A DNA stretch of 64,000 nucleotides from Smithella sp. GTDB taxonomy: Bacteria > Desulfobacterota > Syntrophia > Syntrophales > Smithellaceae. The position numbers were made by a program, and so were the translations under genes. The stretch lies in NCBI GenBank assembly GCA_052139735.1, contig JBKQWB010000038.1, positions 37,766-101,765 on the forward strand, in the 5' to 3' direction. Positions 48,687-59,064 of the stretch are shown here, one piece after another (positions within the stretch are counted from its first letter, which is position 1; the number at the start of each line of letters is the position of its first letter). Under the pieces are notes generated by a model that searched no databases, was not told the origin of the DNA, and saw only the letters and a program-made list of their open reading frames with translations.

Positions 48687-49895
48687 TTGGTTTCAATGGT
48701 TAAAAACAAAACAAAATATAGCGTACCTGGTTTTTTGGCCAATGGAATTTCTGTCGGAATTAAAAAGCAAGATCAAAAAGACCTTGGCTTAATTTATTCG
48801 ACTGTTCCCGCGAGAGTATCGGCTGTATTCACAAAAAATACCTTTAAAGCGCCGTCATTATTAATTAATGAGGAACGCGTTAAAAAAGGGATGGCTCAGG
48901 CAATAATCACCAACAGCGGTTGCGCCAATGCAGCAACGGGAAAAGAAGGTTACAGGGACGCATTAGTAATTTCAGATGTTTTGTCTAAACAATTGAATAT
49001 AAGGGATGAACTTGTATTGATGGGTTCGACAGGGGTTATTGGAAAGAGGCTTCCCGTAAAAAAGATAGAAAGCGGCATAGGCAAACTGGTCAAGGGATTA
49101 AATGACGCAGGCATTGAAGACGCGGAAACTGCGATGATGACGACAGATAAATATCCCAAGATTGCTATACGTAAAGGAGTAGTCGGGGCAAAAGATATTA
49201 CAATTTGCGGTATAGCCAAAGGAGCCGGCATGATTGAACCCAATATGGCCACTCTGTTGACTTATGTAATGACTGATGCTTTAATCGATTACAAAGCTCT
49301 CAACACGGTTTTCCATCAGGCGATTAATTCTACCTTCAATTCCATCAGTGTCGACGGTTGTATGAGCACTAATGATATGGCAATTATTTTAGCCAATGGT
49401 TTAGCCGGCAACAATCCACTGGAAAAGGTGCAAGCCCGCCTGCAGCATTTTCGTGAAATGTTGACGGACGTTTTAATGGAACTTTGCCAGGGAGTTGTTA
49501 AGGATGGCGAAGGGGCTACAAAATTTATTTCCATAACGGTAAATGGCGCCAAATCAAAATCGGATGCACGGTGCGCCGCTTATTCTATTGCTAACTCTAA
49601 TTTAGTAAAAACCGCATTTTTCGGAGAGGACCCTAATTGGGGCAGAATAATTGCCGCACTCGGCGCGTCCGGAATAACTATGGAAAAAGAAAAAATTAGC
49701 TTATCTATAGGAGATATATTGATATTTTCCCAAAATTCACCACTCGATTTTAATGTAAATAAATTGAAAGAAATATTTCAGAGGGATCGAATTGAGGTGC
49801 AGGTTGACTTGGGAGGGGGAGATAAATCGTATTATGTTTATACGTCGGACCTTTCTTGTGATTATGTAAAAATAAACTCTGAATATTCAACTTAA
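48687..49895 (+). CDS. argJ: Bifunctional ornithine acetyltransferase / N-acetylglutamate synthase
   Basis: 402 aa with the autoproteolytic site context PNMATLLTYVMTDA and FFGEDPNWGRI. The start could be the ATG at 48696. Confidence 0.9.
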   Translation: MVSMVKNKTKYSVPGFLANGISVGIKKQDQKDLGLIYSTVPARVSAVFTKNTFKAPSLLINEERVKKGMAQAIITNSGCANAATGKEGYRDALVISDVLSKQLNIRDELVLMGSTGVIGKRLPVKKIESGIGKLVKGLNDAGIEDAETAMMTTDKYPKIAIRKGVVGAKDITICGIAKGAGMIEPNMATLLTYVMTDALIDYKALNTVFHQAINSTFNSISVDGCMSTNDMAIILANGLAGNNPLEKVQARLQHFREMLTDVLMELCQGVVKDGEGATKFISITVNGAKSKSDARCAAYSIANSNLVKTAFFGEDPNWGRIIAALGASGITMEKEKISLSIGDILIFSQNSPLDFNVNKLKEIFQRDRIEVQVDLGGGDKSYYVYTSDLSCDYVKINSEYST

Positions 49896-50069
49896 ACGAT
49901 AGATAAAATATATTAAATTACAGTTATTTAAACTTGATTATTTAGCTTGTTTATGTTAATTGCCGCCAAATAATTTCACACATTCTTGGATTACCGGTAT
50001 GTTGCTTAAAATTTAAGTTTACCGTGTAAGTTGAAGAGGATGGAGGAAAAAACAAATAAGGAGAAAAAA

Positions 50070-50873
50070 ATGTCAGCAATTTCAATGAAACTTTTACTGG
50101 AAGCCGGTGTCCATTTCGGGCATCAGACAAACAAATGGAATCCCAAGATGAAACCATACATTTTTGGGGCGAGAAACAATATCTACATTATTGACTTACA
50201 GCAAACAGTCGGTCTGTTTCAGGCGGCGTACAACTTCGTTATTGAGACTGTAAGCCAGGGCAAAGAGGTTCTTTTTGTCGGAACAAAAAAGCAATCGCAG
50301 GAAGCCATTAAAGAAGAAGCCGTGCGTTGCGGCATGCCTTATGTCAATCAGCGCTGGCTCGGCGGTATGTTGACTAATTTCATTACCATTAAAAAAAGCA
50401 TAGACCGTTTAAACACTTTGACTAATATGTTTGCTGATGATTCCATCAATGCTTTTCCGAAAAAAGAAATAACCAAAATGCAAAAAGAAAAGGAAAAACT
50501 GGAAAATGTTTTAGGCGGAATTAGAAATATGAAGTCTGCGCCGGCGGCGGTGTTTATTGTTGATCCCAGCAGAGAACATATAACGGTTAATGAAGCGAAA
50601 AAATTAAGGATTCCCATAGCGGCTATCGTTGATACTAATTGTAATCCTGACAATATTGATTATGTTATCCCGGGAAATGATGACGCTATCAGAGCTATTA
50701 AATTATTCACGTCTAAATTTGCTGATGCGGTTTTGGAAGGGAAAAAACGTTTTGAAGAAAAAATGACAGCAGAATCAAATAAAGAAACAGAGCCGGTTGC
50801 GGAAGTAAAGCCGGTGGAAACGGATATTCCGGAAAGTGTAGAAATGGATAATAGTATTGAAAAGTCGGAATAA
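50070..50873 (+). CDS. rpsB: 30S ribosomal protein S2
   Basis: ATG at 50070 behind AAGGAGA. The product begins [27 protein letters not shown]. The ORF-track TTG start at 50031 looks like an artefactual extension. Confidence 0.95.
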   Translation: MSAISMKLLLEAGVHFGHQTNKWNPKMKPYIFGARNNIYIIDLQQTVGLFQAAYNFVIETVSQGKEVLFVGTKKQSQEAIKEEAVRCGMPYVNQRWLGGMLTNFITIKKSIDRLNTLTNMFADDSINAFPKKEITKMQKEKEKLENVLGGIRNMKSAPAAVFIVDPSREHITVNEAKKLRIPIAAIVDTNCNPDNIDYVIPGNDDAIRAIKLFTSKFADAVLEGKKRFEEKMTAESNKETEPVAEVKPVETDIPESVEMDNSIEKSE

Positions 50874-50945
50874 ATGCATGAAAATCATTTAAACAGCTTT
50901 TATGCTATTTTGGATTTATTAAAGTATTAAGGGAGGAAAATTAAA

Positions 50946-51551
50946 TTGGAAATATCTTCAGCAATGGTTAAAGAATTGAGAACAAAAACCGGTGCGGGTA
51001 TGATGGATTGCAAAGAAGCGCTTGCAGCGGTGGATGGTGATTTTGAAAAAGCGATTGATTTCTTAAGAAAAAAAGGACTCTCCGCGGCAACAAAGAGATC
51101 GTCCAAAGCCGCTAAAGACGGTACTGTAGCTTCATACATTCATATGGGCGGTAAAATAGGCGTAATGGCCGAAATAAATTGTGAAACTGATTTTGTCGCT
51201 AAAACGGCCGATTTCCAGACAATGGCCAGAGATATTGCCATGCACATTGCCGCATCTAATCCGTTGTATGTGCGTCCTGATGAGATTCCGGAAGTTGCGA
51301 TGGAAAGAGAGAAGGAAATTTACCGCAGTCAATTACGCGAAGAAAAGAAACCGGAAAAAATTTGGGATAAGATTATCGAAGGAAAACTTAAAAAATATTA
51401 CGAGGATGTTTGCCTGACTGAACAGAAATTTGTTAAGAATCAGGACATCACCGTCGGAACTCTGATCAGCAATATGATTGCAAAAACAGGAGAAAATATT
51501 ATTATCCGTCGTTTTGCCCGCTTCCAGCTTGGCGAGGAAATAAAGCAATAA
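50946..51551 (+). CDS. tsf: Elongation factor Ts (short form)
   Basis: 201 aa, TTG start behind [25 protein letters not shown] is the EF-Ts UBA-like N-terminus. Confidence 0.93.
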   Translation: MEISSAMVKELRTKTGAGMMDCKEALAAVDGDFEKAIDFLRKKGLSAATKRSSKAAKDGTVASYIHMGGKIGVMAEINCETDFVAKTADFQTMARDIAMHIAASNPLYVRPDEIPEVAMEREKEIYRSQLREEKKPEKIWDKIIEGKLKKYYEDVCLTEQKFVKNQDITVGTLISNMIAKTGENIIIRRFARFQLGEEIKQ

Positions 51552-52276
51552 TGATTGTAAAGCAAAAAGTTGCTTATAAAAGAATTCTTTTAAAGATCAG
51601 CGGCGAAGCGCTGTTAGGAAAACAATCCGCCGGTGTTGATCCGATTGTGGCCAATTATATAGCGAGTGAAATAAAGTCTCTGTCCGGGTTTCATATCCAA
51701 TTGGGAATTGTTATCGGTGGGGGCAATATTTTTCGCGGCATAGAGGCCAGTGCAAAAGGAATGGATCGGACAACAGCGGATTATATGGGAATGCTGGCAA
51801 CTGTCATCAACAGTCTTGCTCTTCAAAGCGCACTGGAGGAACGAGGTCTGCCTACTCGTGTTCAGTCCTCTATTGAGATGAGAGAGATAGCAGAGCCGTT
51901 TATTCAGCGGCGGGCTGTTCGTCATCTGGAGAAGGGAAGAATTGTTATCTTTGCCGGTGGTACGGGAAATCCTTATTTTTCAACGGATACAGCGGCGGCG
52001 CTCAGAGCTGTGGAAATGAAGGCTGACGTAATCATGAAAGCAACCAAGGTGGATGGTGTTTACAATGCCGATCCAATAAAAGACAAAACAGCAGTGATGT
52101 TTAATAAAATAAGTTATATTGATGTGTTAACAAAAAACCTTAAAGTAATGGATGCAACCGCGATATCGCTTTGTCGTGATAATTTGTTACCAATTATTAT
52201 TTTTAATTTGCAAAAGAAGGGGAATATTCGCAGAGCAATTTGTGGTCAAAAAATTGGTACTTATGTAGGAGAATGA
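51551..52276 (+). CDS. pyrH: UMP kinase
   Basis: 241 aa with [19 protein letters not shown] and [20 protein letters not shown]. Confidence 0.95.
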   Translation: MIVKQKVAYKRILLKISGEALLGKQSAGVDPIVANYIASEIKSLSGFHIQLGIVIGGGNIFRGIEASAKGMDRTTADYMGMLATVINSLALQSALEERGLPTRVQSSIEMREIAEPFIQRRAVRHLEKGRIVIFAGGTGNPYFSTDTAAALRAVEMKADVIMKATKVDGVYNADPIKDKTAVMFNKISYIDVLTKNLKVMDATAISLCRDNLLPIIIFNLQKKGNIRRAICGQKIGTYVGE

Positions 52277-52277
52277 T

Positions 52278-52835
52278 ATGAAAGAAGTTGTTTTTCAGAA
52301 GTTTAAAGAAGATATGGAAAAAACGATAGGCGGTTTAAGCAAATCTTTCAGCAGGGTAAGAACAGGCAGAGCGTCAATTTCATTATTGGATGGTATCAAA
52401 GTTGATTATTACGATGTTCCTACCCCCATTGCGCAGGTAGCTAATATTTCTATTCCGGAAGGCCGTTTAATTCTGATTGTTCCCTGGGATGCTTCAATAA
52501 TTGGCGCAATCGAGAAAGCTATCCAGAAGTCGGATTTAGGGTTAACTCCATCAAACGACGGAAAAGCAGTGCGTCTTTCTATTCCTCAATTAACAGAAGA
52601 ACGGCGCAAAGAAATTGCCAAGGTTGTAAAGAAGATGGCCGAAGAAGGAAAAATCAAGTTACGCAATGCACGTAGAGACGCCAACGAAGAACTAAAAGGT
52701 CTAAAGAAGAACAATAAAATATCTGAAGATGAACTTTTTACCGCTCAAGAAGAAGTTCAAAAACTAGTTGATCAATATATTGAAAAAACAGATAAAATAC
52801 TGGTGGCAAAAGAAAAAGAAATAATGGAGGTTTAA
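52278..52835 (+). CDS. frr: Ribosome recycling factor
   Basis: 185 aa with [19 protein letters not shown] and [11 protein letters not shown]. Confidence 0.95.
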   Translation: MKEVVFQKFKEDMEKTIGGLSKSFSRVRTGRASISLLDGIKVDYYDVPTPIAQVANISIPEGRLILIVPWDASIIGAIEKAIQKSDLGLTPSNDGKAVRLSIPQLTEERRKEIAKVVKKMAEEGKIKLRNARRDANEELKGLKKNNKISEDELFTAQEEVQKLVDQYIEKTDKILVAKEKEIMEV

Positions 52836-52858
52836 ACCGGATTTTACATAAATATAAA

Positions 52859-52892
52859 AATGGGGGGTCATGGAACTCCCCATTTGTTTTTT
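52859..52892 (+). terminator. Rho-independent terminator after frr
   Basis: Stem aatgggg (52859-52865) / ccccatt (52878-52884), followed by tgTTTTTT. Confidence 0.65.
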
Positions 52893-52916
52893 GGCTGACA
52901 CCCATTTGCTTTTAAA

Positions 52917-53091
52917 GGCGACTTTGTTGATATCATCGCCGGATTTCTCAACGTCAGGATACCGGAGTGTATCTCCGAAAGGGAACACAATATAAATAGA
53001 TTACTTCCTTACCGATCAGCCATCTCATTATGGTGTGGATCAGATACGCCTGCACAAGCCTTCTCTTTTCCGCTCCGTTATCCTTTAGAGG
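52917..53091 (+). repeat. Dispersed intergenic repeat, copy A (between frr and uppS)
   Basis: It aligns by eye over about 175 nt with 57870-58044, in the same orientation. Shared blocks are actttgttg, tcgccgg, ccgaa(a)ggg.acacaatataaatagat, ttcctt.ccgat, tggatca.a.atacgcctgc.caag and ttatccttt. Confidence 0.7.
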
Positions 53092-53217
53092 CAAAATGAT
53101 ATATTTTCAGTCAGTGTATTTTGCTGATTAATAAACTATTGAAGATATTCTTCATAAGATTGCCTGTTGAAAAAAATTGCTTTGTCAATTAGAGTAAAAT
53201 AAATTTGGAGATTATAA

Positions 53218-53982
53218 GTGATTAAAATTGACTTGAATAAATTACCTCAACACATAGCCATAATTCCGGATGGCAACGGCCGTTGGGCGGAAAAACACGC
53301 AATCGGTAGAATCAGGGGGCATAGAAAGGGATCCCAGACCGTAAGGACGGTAGTGCGCACATGTCGTGAAATCGGCATAAAATATCTTACTTTATTTGCA
53401 TTTTCCATAGAAAACTGGGAACGTCCGGCAAAAGAAGTTCAAGCTTTAATGTTATTACTCGAAGAATATTTAATCAAAGAAATAAAAGAATTGCAAAAAC
53501 AGGAAATAAGACTAACAACTATTGGAGAAATAAATCGATTATATCCATCAGTAAAAGAAAAACTCCTGAAGGCAAAAGAAAGCACATTAAAAAATGATAA
53601 GATGATTTTAAATCTCGCTTTAAGTTATGGAGGCAAAGATGAAATTATCTCCTCTGTCAAGAAAATCATTAAAGATAATGAAGATGGTAAAATTGACGTA
53701 AATAATATTAATAAAGAAACTTTTAACAGTTATTTATACACCTGCGGCATGCCGGATCCGGATCTGTTAATTCGTACCAGCGGCGAGTATCGCATCAGTA
53801 ATTTTTTGCTCTGGCAGATGGCCTATACAGAATTATATTTTACAAAAGTCCTCTGGCCCGACTTTACAAAGGATGATCTTTTCAAAGCGATTGCCAGCTA
53901 TCAGAAACGTGAAAGACGTTTTGGTCTAACCAGTGAACAGTTGATGGAAAGAAATTCTCGCTGCCAAACCATAGATATTTAA
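53218..53982 (+). CDS. uppS: Isoprenyl transferase (undecaprenyl diphosphate synthase)
   Basis: 254 aa, GTG start. HIAIIPDGNGRWA, LTLFAFSIENWERP and IRTSGEYRISNFLLWQMAYTELYF. Confidence 0.95.
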   Translation: MIKIDLNKLPQHIAIIPDGNGRWAEKHAIGRIRGHRKGSQTVRTVVRTCREIGIKYLTLFAFSIENWERPAKEVQALMLLLEEYLIKEIKELQKQEIRLTTIGEINRLYPSVKEKLLKAKESTLKNDKMILNLALSYGGKDEIISSVKKIIKDNEDGKIDVNNINKETFNSYLYTCGMPDPDLLIRTSGEYRISNFLLWQMAYTELYFTKVLWPDFTKDDLFKAIASYQKRERRFGLTSEQLMERNSRCQTIDI

Positions 53983-53991
53983 AATTGAAGG

Positions 53992-54819
53992 TTGGAATTA
54001 ATGTCAAAGACAGGGAATTCATTTATTACGAGATGGCTGACGGGTTTAATTCTGGCGCCTGTATTAGCTGTAATTATTTTATTCTGTTCGGAAAGAATTT
54101 TCGCGGCTGTGATTATTATAGTTACTCTGGGCGGAGTCTGGGAATATAATAAAATGGTTTTCGGAAATGGTTTTATAATAGAAAAAATTGAAAGCATGAT
54201 CTTTGCGATAGTAATTCCTTTGATTGTTTTATGTGGAAACAATCAGTATTTAACTGCCGTGCTGGCTTCTTCGGTATTGATTGTCTTTATTTTATTTATC
54301 CTGTCGATTAAAGAATCGAATTTCGATGCTTTATCAGTTGCCAAAGTAATCTTTGGCATAATGTATATCCCTTTTCTTATGTCGTATTTTATTGCATTGC
54401 GAATGATGGATAAAGGGTCATTGTGGATATTGTTTGTTTTGATCCTTGCCTTCATAGGGGATATATTCGCGCTGTATATCGGTAAATATTTCGGCAAAAG
54501 AAAATTAGCCCCTTTTGTAAGCCCCGGTAAAACTGTGGAGGGTTTGGCAGGATTGGTCTTCGGAAGCACAGTGGCTTGTCTGATTTTCAGTTATTATTTA
54601 TTTCCGGAAATACCGCTTACTAAAATAGCAATTCTCGCTTTTGCGGGCAGTATCATCGGGCAACTGGGAGATATTTGTGAATCTGCCATTAAAAGAACTT
54701 ACCACCTGAAGGATGCAAGTTCAATACTACCCGGTCATGGCGGAATCCTTGATCGTTTGGATTGCCTGCTTTTTATCACTCCTTTTGTTTATTACTACCG
54801 TATATTTGTGATTAACTAA
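53992..54819 (+). CDS. cdsA: Phosphatidate cytidylyltransferase
   Basis: 275 aa polytopic protein with the C-terminal signature SAIKRTYHLKDASSILPGHGGILDRLD. The start could be the ATG at 54001. Confidence 0.9.
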   Translation: MELMSKTGNSFITRWLTGLILAPVLAVIILFCSERIFAAVIIIVTLGGVWEYNKMVFGNGFIIEKIESMIFAIVIPLIVLCGNNQYLTAVLASSVLIVFILFILSIKESNFDALSVAKVIFGIMYIPFLMSYFIALRMMDKGSLWILFVLILAFIGDIFALYIGKYFGKRKLAPFVSPGKTVEGLAGLVFGSTVACLIFSYYLFPEIPLTKIAILAFAGSIIGQLGDICESAIKRTYHLKDASSILPGHGGILDRLDCLLFITPFVYYYRIFVIN

Positions 54820-55980
54820 ATGAAAAAGATATCAATTTTAGGTTCGACAGGTTCAATTGGATGCAGCGCGCTGAATGTTATTGAGAAAAATCCGGAACGT
54901 TTTGACGTCGTGGCCCTTGCCGCCGGGGAAAATATCAAACTACTCAAAAAGCAAATAGAAAAATTTCATCCAAAACTGGTTGCCGTAGGCAGTAAAGATA
55001 ACGCTCTAAAGCTTAGCGAAGCTTTGACCGCCAAAATCAAGGTTAAGATATTTTACGGTGAAGAAGGCTTAAGGGAGATTGCTTCATTTCCTTCAACCAT
55101 TGTTATCTCCGCCATATCGGGATCTGCCGGATTAGTGCCGACGCTTGCGGCAATTGAAGCGGGCAATGATATCGCATTGGCCAATAAAGAAACAATGGTT
55201 ATGGCCGGAGAAATTGTAACCAAAAGAGCGAATAAAAAAGGGGTGAAAATTATCCCTGTTGATAGTGAGCACAGCGCGATATTTCAGTGTCTGGAGGGAA
55301 GCAGGCGCGAAAATTTGCGGCGAATAATTTTGACAGCTTCAGGAGGTCCATTCTTAAATTTTACGCTAAATCAATTGAAGAGGGTCAGTCTTGATCAAAC
55401 ATTGCGCCATCCCAATTGGAAGATGGGAAAGAAAATAACCATCGATTCAGCTTCCATGATGAATAAGGGACTGGAAGTGATTGAAGCCAAGTGGTTGTTT
55501 AATGTGGATATCAGTGCTATAGATGTTTTAATTCACCCGCAAAGCATAGTTCACTCCATGGTTGAATTTATTGACGGCGCATATTTAGCGCAAATGGGTG
55601 TGCCGGATATGAAAATACCTATTGCTTACGCCTTGACTTATCCGGAAAGGATTATTAATGATCTTCCATCTCTAAATTTTATAAAAACAGGGAATCTGGA
55701 ATTTTATAAACCGGATACAAAGAAATTCCCCTGTCTGGATATTGCTTATAGAGCAGGTATTTGCGGCGGCACGGCTCCTGTTGTTCTCAATGCCGCGGAT
55801 GAAGTTGCCGTATCCGCGTTCATGAACAAGAAAATTCGTTTTGTTGATTTGCCGAAGATTGTAGAAAAAGTTCTTGCTCTTAATAACGTTATCTACAAAC
55901 CGTCTTTGGATGATATTCTACAAACCGATTTATGGGCCAGAAGAGAAACTGAAAAAATAATCGAAAGGATGATATCGTGA
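54820..55980 (+). CDS. dxr: 1-deoxy-D-xylulose 5-phosphate reductoisomerase
   Basis: 386 aa with ILGSTGSIGCSAL, LANKETMV, PVDSEHSAIFQCL and HPNWKMGKKITIDSASMMNKGLE. Confidence 0.95.
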   Translation: MKKISILGSTGSIGCSALNVIEKNPERFDVVALAAGENIKLLKKQIEKFHPKLVAVGSKDNALKLSEALTAKIKVKIFYGEEGLREIASFPSTIVISAISGSAGLVPTLAAIEAGNDIALANKETMVMAGEIVTKRANKKGVKIIPVDSEHSAIFQCLEGSRRENLRRIILTASGGPFLNFTLNQLKRVSLDQTLRHPNWKMGKKITIDSASMMNKGLEVIEAKWLFNVDISAIDVLIHPQSIVHSMVEFIDGAYLAQMGVPDMKIPIAYALTYPERIINDLPSLNFIKTGNLEFYKPDTKKFPCLDIAYRAGICGGTAPVVLNAADEVAVSAFMNKKIRFVDLPKIVEKVLALNNVIYKPSLDDILQTDLWARRETEKIIERMIS

Positions 55981-57068
55981 TTACTTTAATTTCATTTATA
56001 ATATTACTTAGCATTCTTATTTTTGTCCATGAATTTGGCCACTTTATAGCAGCCCGAATTGCGGGAGTAGGCGTGCTAAAGTTTTCTCTCGGTTTTGGAC
56101 CAAAGATAATTGGCAAAAAAATAGGGGAGACGGAGTATGCGCTTTCCTGGATTCCTTTAGGAGGATTTGTCAAACTTCTGGGTGAATCAGGCGATGAAGA
56201 ATTGCCGCCGGAAGATGAGAAAAGATCATTCTTTAAACAACCGGTTTGGAAAAGAATGTTGATAGTTTTGGCCGGCCCTGTTTTTAACTTTTTGCTTGCC
56301 ATTATAATTTTTACAATTGTTTTTATGTACGGTCTGCCGAGCCGAATGCCGGAAGTTGGTGAAGTACAAAAAGAATCTGCCGCTTTTGAAGCAGGTATGA
56401 TTACCGGAGATAAGATTGTCTCAATTGATGGAAAGAAAATTATTATTTGGGAAGATATAAGAAGAGTAATAGATGATACAAAAGGGAAAGAGGTTGAGGT
56501 TATCGTGGAGAGGGGTGGGACGAAAAAACCTCTTTTAATTAAACCAAGATTATCTAAATCAAAGAATATCTTTGGAGAAGAAGAACTCTCATACTTTATG
56601 GGAATAGCTTATTCCGGCAAGACGATAATAGAAAGAAAAAATCCATGGGATGCAGTTACAGACTCGGTATTCAAAACATGGGAGATTAGCAAGCTTACGA
56701 TTATTTCCGTTGTTAAAATGCTGAAAGGTGTAATTTCACCCAAAACTTTGGGCGGCCCGATCTTTATTGCTCAGGCATCTGGAGCAATGGCCAAGGAGGG
56801 AATCATACCCTTCATTCTTTTCATGGCATTTCTTTCTATTAATTTAGGTGTTGTAAATTTGTTTCCCATTCCCGTTCTCGATGGCGGACATATTTTATTT
56901 TACGTGATTGAAATTGTGATCCGAAGAGAGGTAAACATCAAATTCAAAGAAATGTCTCAACAAATAGGTTTCGTCATTTTATTGATGCTGATGCTTTTTG
57001 TGATTTTTATTGATATTGATCGTCTGAATATTCAGTGGATTAATGACATAATGAAAATATTTAAGTGA
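55977..57068 (+). CDS. rseP: RIP (site-2) zinc metalloprotease RseP
   Basis: 363 aa with HEFGHF, one PDZ domain and the C-terminal NLFPIPVLDGGH motif. The GTG start overlaps the dxr stop. Confidence 0.9.
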   Translation: MITLISFIILLSILIFVHEFGHFIAARIAGVGVLKFSLGFGPKIIGKKIGETEYALSWIPLGGFVKLLGESGDEELPPEDEKRSFFKQPVWKRMLIVLAGPVFNFLLAIIIFTIVFMYGLPSRMPEVGEVQKESAAFEAGMITGDKIVSIDGKKIIIWEDIRRVIDDTKGKEVEVIVERGGTKKPLLIKPRLSKSKNIFGEEELSYFMGIAYSGKTIIERKNPWDAVTDSVFKTWEISKLTIISVVKMLKGVISPKTLGGPIFIAQASGAMAKEGIIPFILFMAFLSINLGVVNLFPIPVLDGGHILFYVIEIVIRREVNIKFKEMSQQIGFVILLMLMLFVIFIDIDRLNIQWINDIMKIFK

Positions 57069-57071
57069 ACT

Positions 57072-57767
57072 ATGTTGACTTTAGCTTTTGATACCTCTTC
57101 CAAAACTGCCGCGGTTGCTGTATTAAGAGATGACATCATTCTATATGATGCTATCATCAATATTGATTTAAATCATTCTGAAGTGCTTTTACCGGTGATT
57201 GAACAGGCTTGCTTTCAAACGAGAATAAAAATTTCCGAAATTGATTTATTTGCCTTCACCATTGGTCCCGGATCATTTACGGGACTGCGTATTGGAGCCA
57301 GTACACTCAAAGGATTAATGCTGGCGACAGGAAAACCTGCCGTCGGGATTTCTTCTCTTGCTGCCCTTGCTTTGAATGCCGGAATTAGTTCAAAAATGAT
57401 TTGTTCTGTAATGGATGCGGGGCGTGGGCAGGTTTATATTGCGTATTTCCGGTATAAAAAAAACGGTCTTCCGGAACAAATTGGCATAGATGAAGTAATT
57501 GATCCGGAGAAAATTGCGCATGATTCCAGGCAAGAGATAATTTTTGTTGGTGACGGAGTCATCAAATATGCCGGTACAATAAGTAACAACAAAGATAAAA
57601 AGATCAGTATCGCATCAGAATTACAGCAATATATCAGGGCTTCATCTGTGGCTATTCTAGGCATGGAAAAATATAATCGCAACGAATTACTTGATGCCGA
57701 GACATTTGTTCCTGTCTATCTTCGTTCGGTAGACGCGCGTATTAAGAAATCATTATTTCAGAATTGA
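57072..57767 (+). CDS. tsaB: tRNA threonylcarbamoyladenosine biosynthesis protein TsaB
   Basis: 231 aa with LAFDTSS and FTIGPGSFTGLRIGAST. Confidence 0.88.
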   Translation: MLTLAFDTSSKTAAVAVLRDDIILYDAIINIDLNHSEVLLPVIEQACFQTRIKISEIDLFAFTIGPGSFTGLRIGASTLKGLMLATGKPAVGISSLAALALNAGISSKMICSVMDAGRGQVYIAYFRYKKNGLPEQIGIDEVIDPEKIAHDSRQEIIFVGDGVIKYAGTISNNKDKKISIASELQQYIRASSVAILGMEKYNRNELLDAETFVPVYLRSVDARIKKSLFQN

Positions 57768-57869
57768 TACCATCTTGCTTGTAATCACCACCTTGCAGGC
57801 GGTAATTACCGGTAAGGTAAAGTTACGATTTATTATGCGCTCCCCTTCCGGGATGCGCTTCCGGTTTTC

Positions 57870-58080
57870 GGCTAACTTTGTTGGCATTGTCGCCGGCTTC
57901 CCAGAACGTATAAATACGGGAGTGTTCCCGAAGGGGACACAATATAAATAGATCATTTCCTTGCCGATGATCCGCGCCAGAATGGCGTGGATCACAAATA
58001 CGCCTGCCCAAGTCTCCTGGTTGCCGCCGCATTATCCTTTGACCGTGAGTGCAACCGAAGGGAGCACAATAAAATTGATT
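57870..58080 (+). repeat. Dispersed intergenic repeat, copy B (after tsaB), with an extra copy of the hairpin module at its 3' end
   Basis: 57870-58044 aligns with 52917-53091. The hairpin gtgttccc-gaa-ggggacac plus aatataaatag (57922-57951) recurs as gtgcaacc-gaa-gggagcac plus aataaaattg at 58049-58077. Confidence 0.7.
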
Positions 58081-58135
58081 TGTACCATAACGGGAATTGA
58101 CGCCGGATAGGCGGCAACTTCAAATCGAAATGGTA

Positions 58136-59014
58136 TTAAGACACTTTAACTTTGTTCAACAGTTCCCGGACTTTTTTATTGTTTGGATTTTGGGAAAGGA
58201 CAAATTGAAGACGTTCGACAATATCTTCAATGTTTACTATATTAGGATTTGATAAGAATACTGAAAAATAAGCATTAGCCAAATTATAGTTGGTTTCTTC
58301 GTTTAAAGGATTAATTTTAAGAGCTTTGCGATAAGCAGATATAGCTTGTATTACATTGTTAGTTATTTCATAAACAGAACCAAGATCGTTCAATGCATCA
58401 GTGTTTTCAGGATCAATTTTTAATACACTATGGAAATTTTTTGAGGCTTTGGCATAATCTCCGTTTTGAAAATGAATTCTGCCTAAATTGTGCAGAGCCT
58501 TCGTATGTTTTGGATTAATCTCAATAATATTTTCATATTCTTCCTCCGCTTCATCATACATATCATGTCTATCATACAGGGTCGCTAGACAAAAACGAGG
58601 TTCGGCATCCTGTGGAGCAATTTCAATAGCTCTTGTGTATTGTTCTAAAGCGTTGTGATAATCTCCTTGCAACTCCAATATATGGCCGATTTTGATAATG
58701 GCTTCGATATTACAAAAATCTGCTGCCAATGCTTTTTCGTAGCATTTTTTTGCAGAATCCAACATATCCATTCTTTCATAGATATATCCAAGATTTATAA
58801 AAGTTTTGGGATTGTTTGGTTCCAGTTCTGTTATTTTTTGAAAACATTCTAAAGCCTTGTCATAATCTCTATTATCCAGATGAAAAAGACCCAGATTGAC
58901 GTAATCATCGGAAGAATGCGTATCTTTTACAATAGATTTATTGCGACGAGCGATGATCAACTTTTTGTTATCTGAACGAGCATTAAACTGTTTTTCGGAT
59001 GTTATCTTTTCCAA
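58136..59014 (-). CDS. Tetratricopeptide repeat protein (MshN-like partner of the ExeA-type ATPase)
   Basis: 292 aa with about seven recognisable TPR units (for example YDKALECFQKITELEPNNPKTFINLGYIY and YAKASKNFHSVLKIDPENTDALNDLGSVY). It lies directly downstream of the ATPase gene. Confidence 0.75.
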   Translation of the reverse strand: MEKITSEKQFNARSDNKKLIIARRNKSIVKDTHSSDDYVNLGLFHLDNRDYDKALECFQKITELEPNNPKTFINLGYIYERMDMLDSAKKCYEKALAADFCNIEAIIKIGHILELQGDYHNALEQYTRAIEIAPQDAEPRFCLATLYDRHDMYDEAEEEYENIIEINPKHTKALHNLGRIHFQNGDYAKASKNFHSVLKIDPENTDALNDLGSVYEITNNVIQAISAYRKALKINPLNEETNYNLANAYFSVFLSNPNIVNIEDIVERLQFVLSQNPNNKKVRELLNKVKVS

Positions 59015-59064
59015 AATCGTTTATACCTGATTTTCATAATGATGTCATGATTTCAATTTGTATT

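Noticed and set aside
52764-52988. ORF 52764..52988 (-) and ORFs 57753..57995 / 57823..58032 (-) as real small proteins or a transposase remnant
   Set aside because: The frames are broken by stops or indels when the two repeat copies are compared. They overlap each other and the frr or tsaB 3' ends. I recognise no transposase motif. I treat them as part of a non-coding repeat, although a decayed gene cannot be fully excluded.
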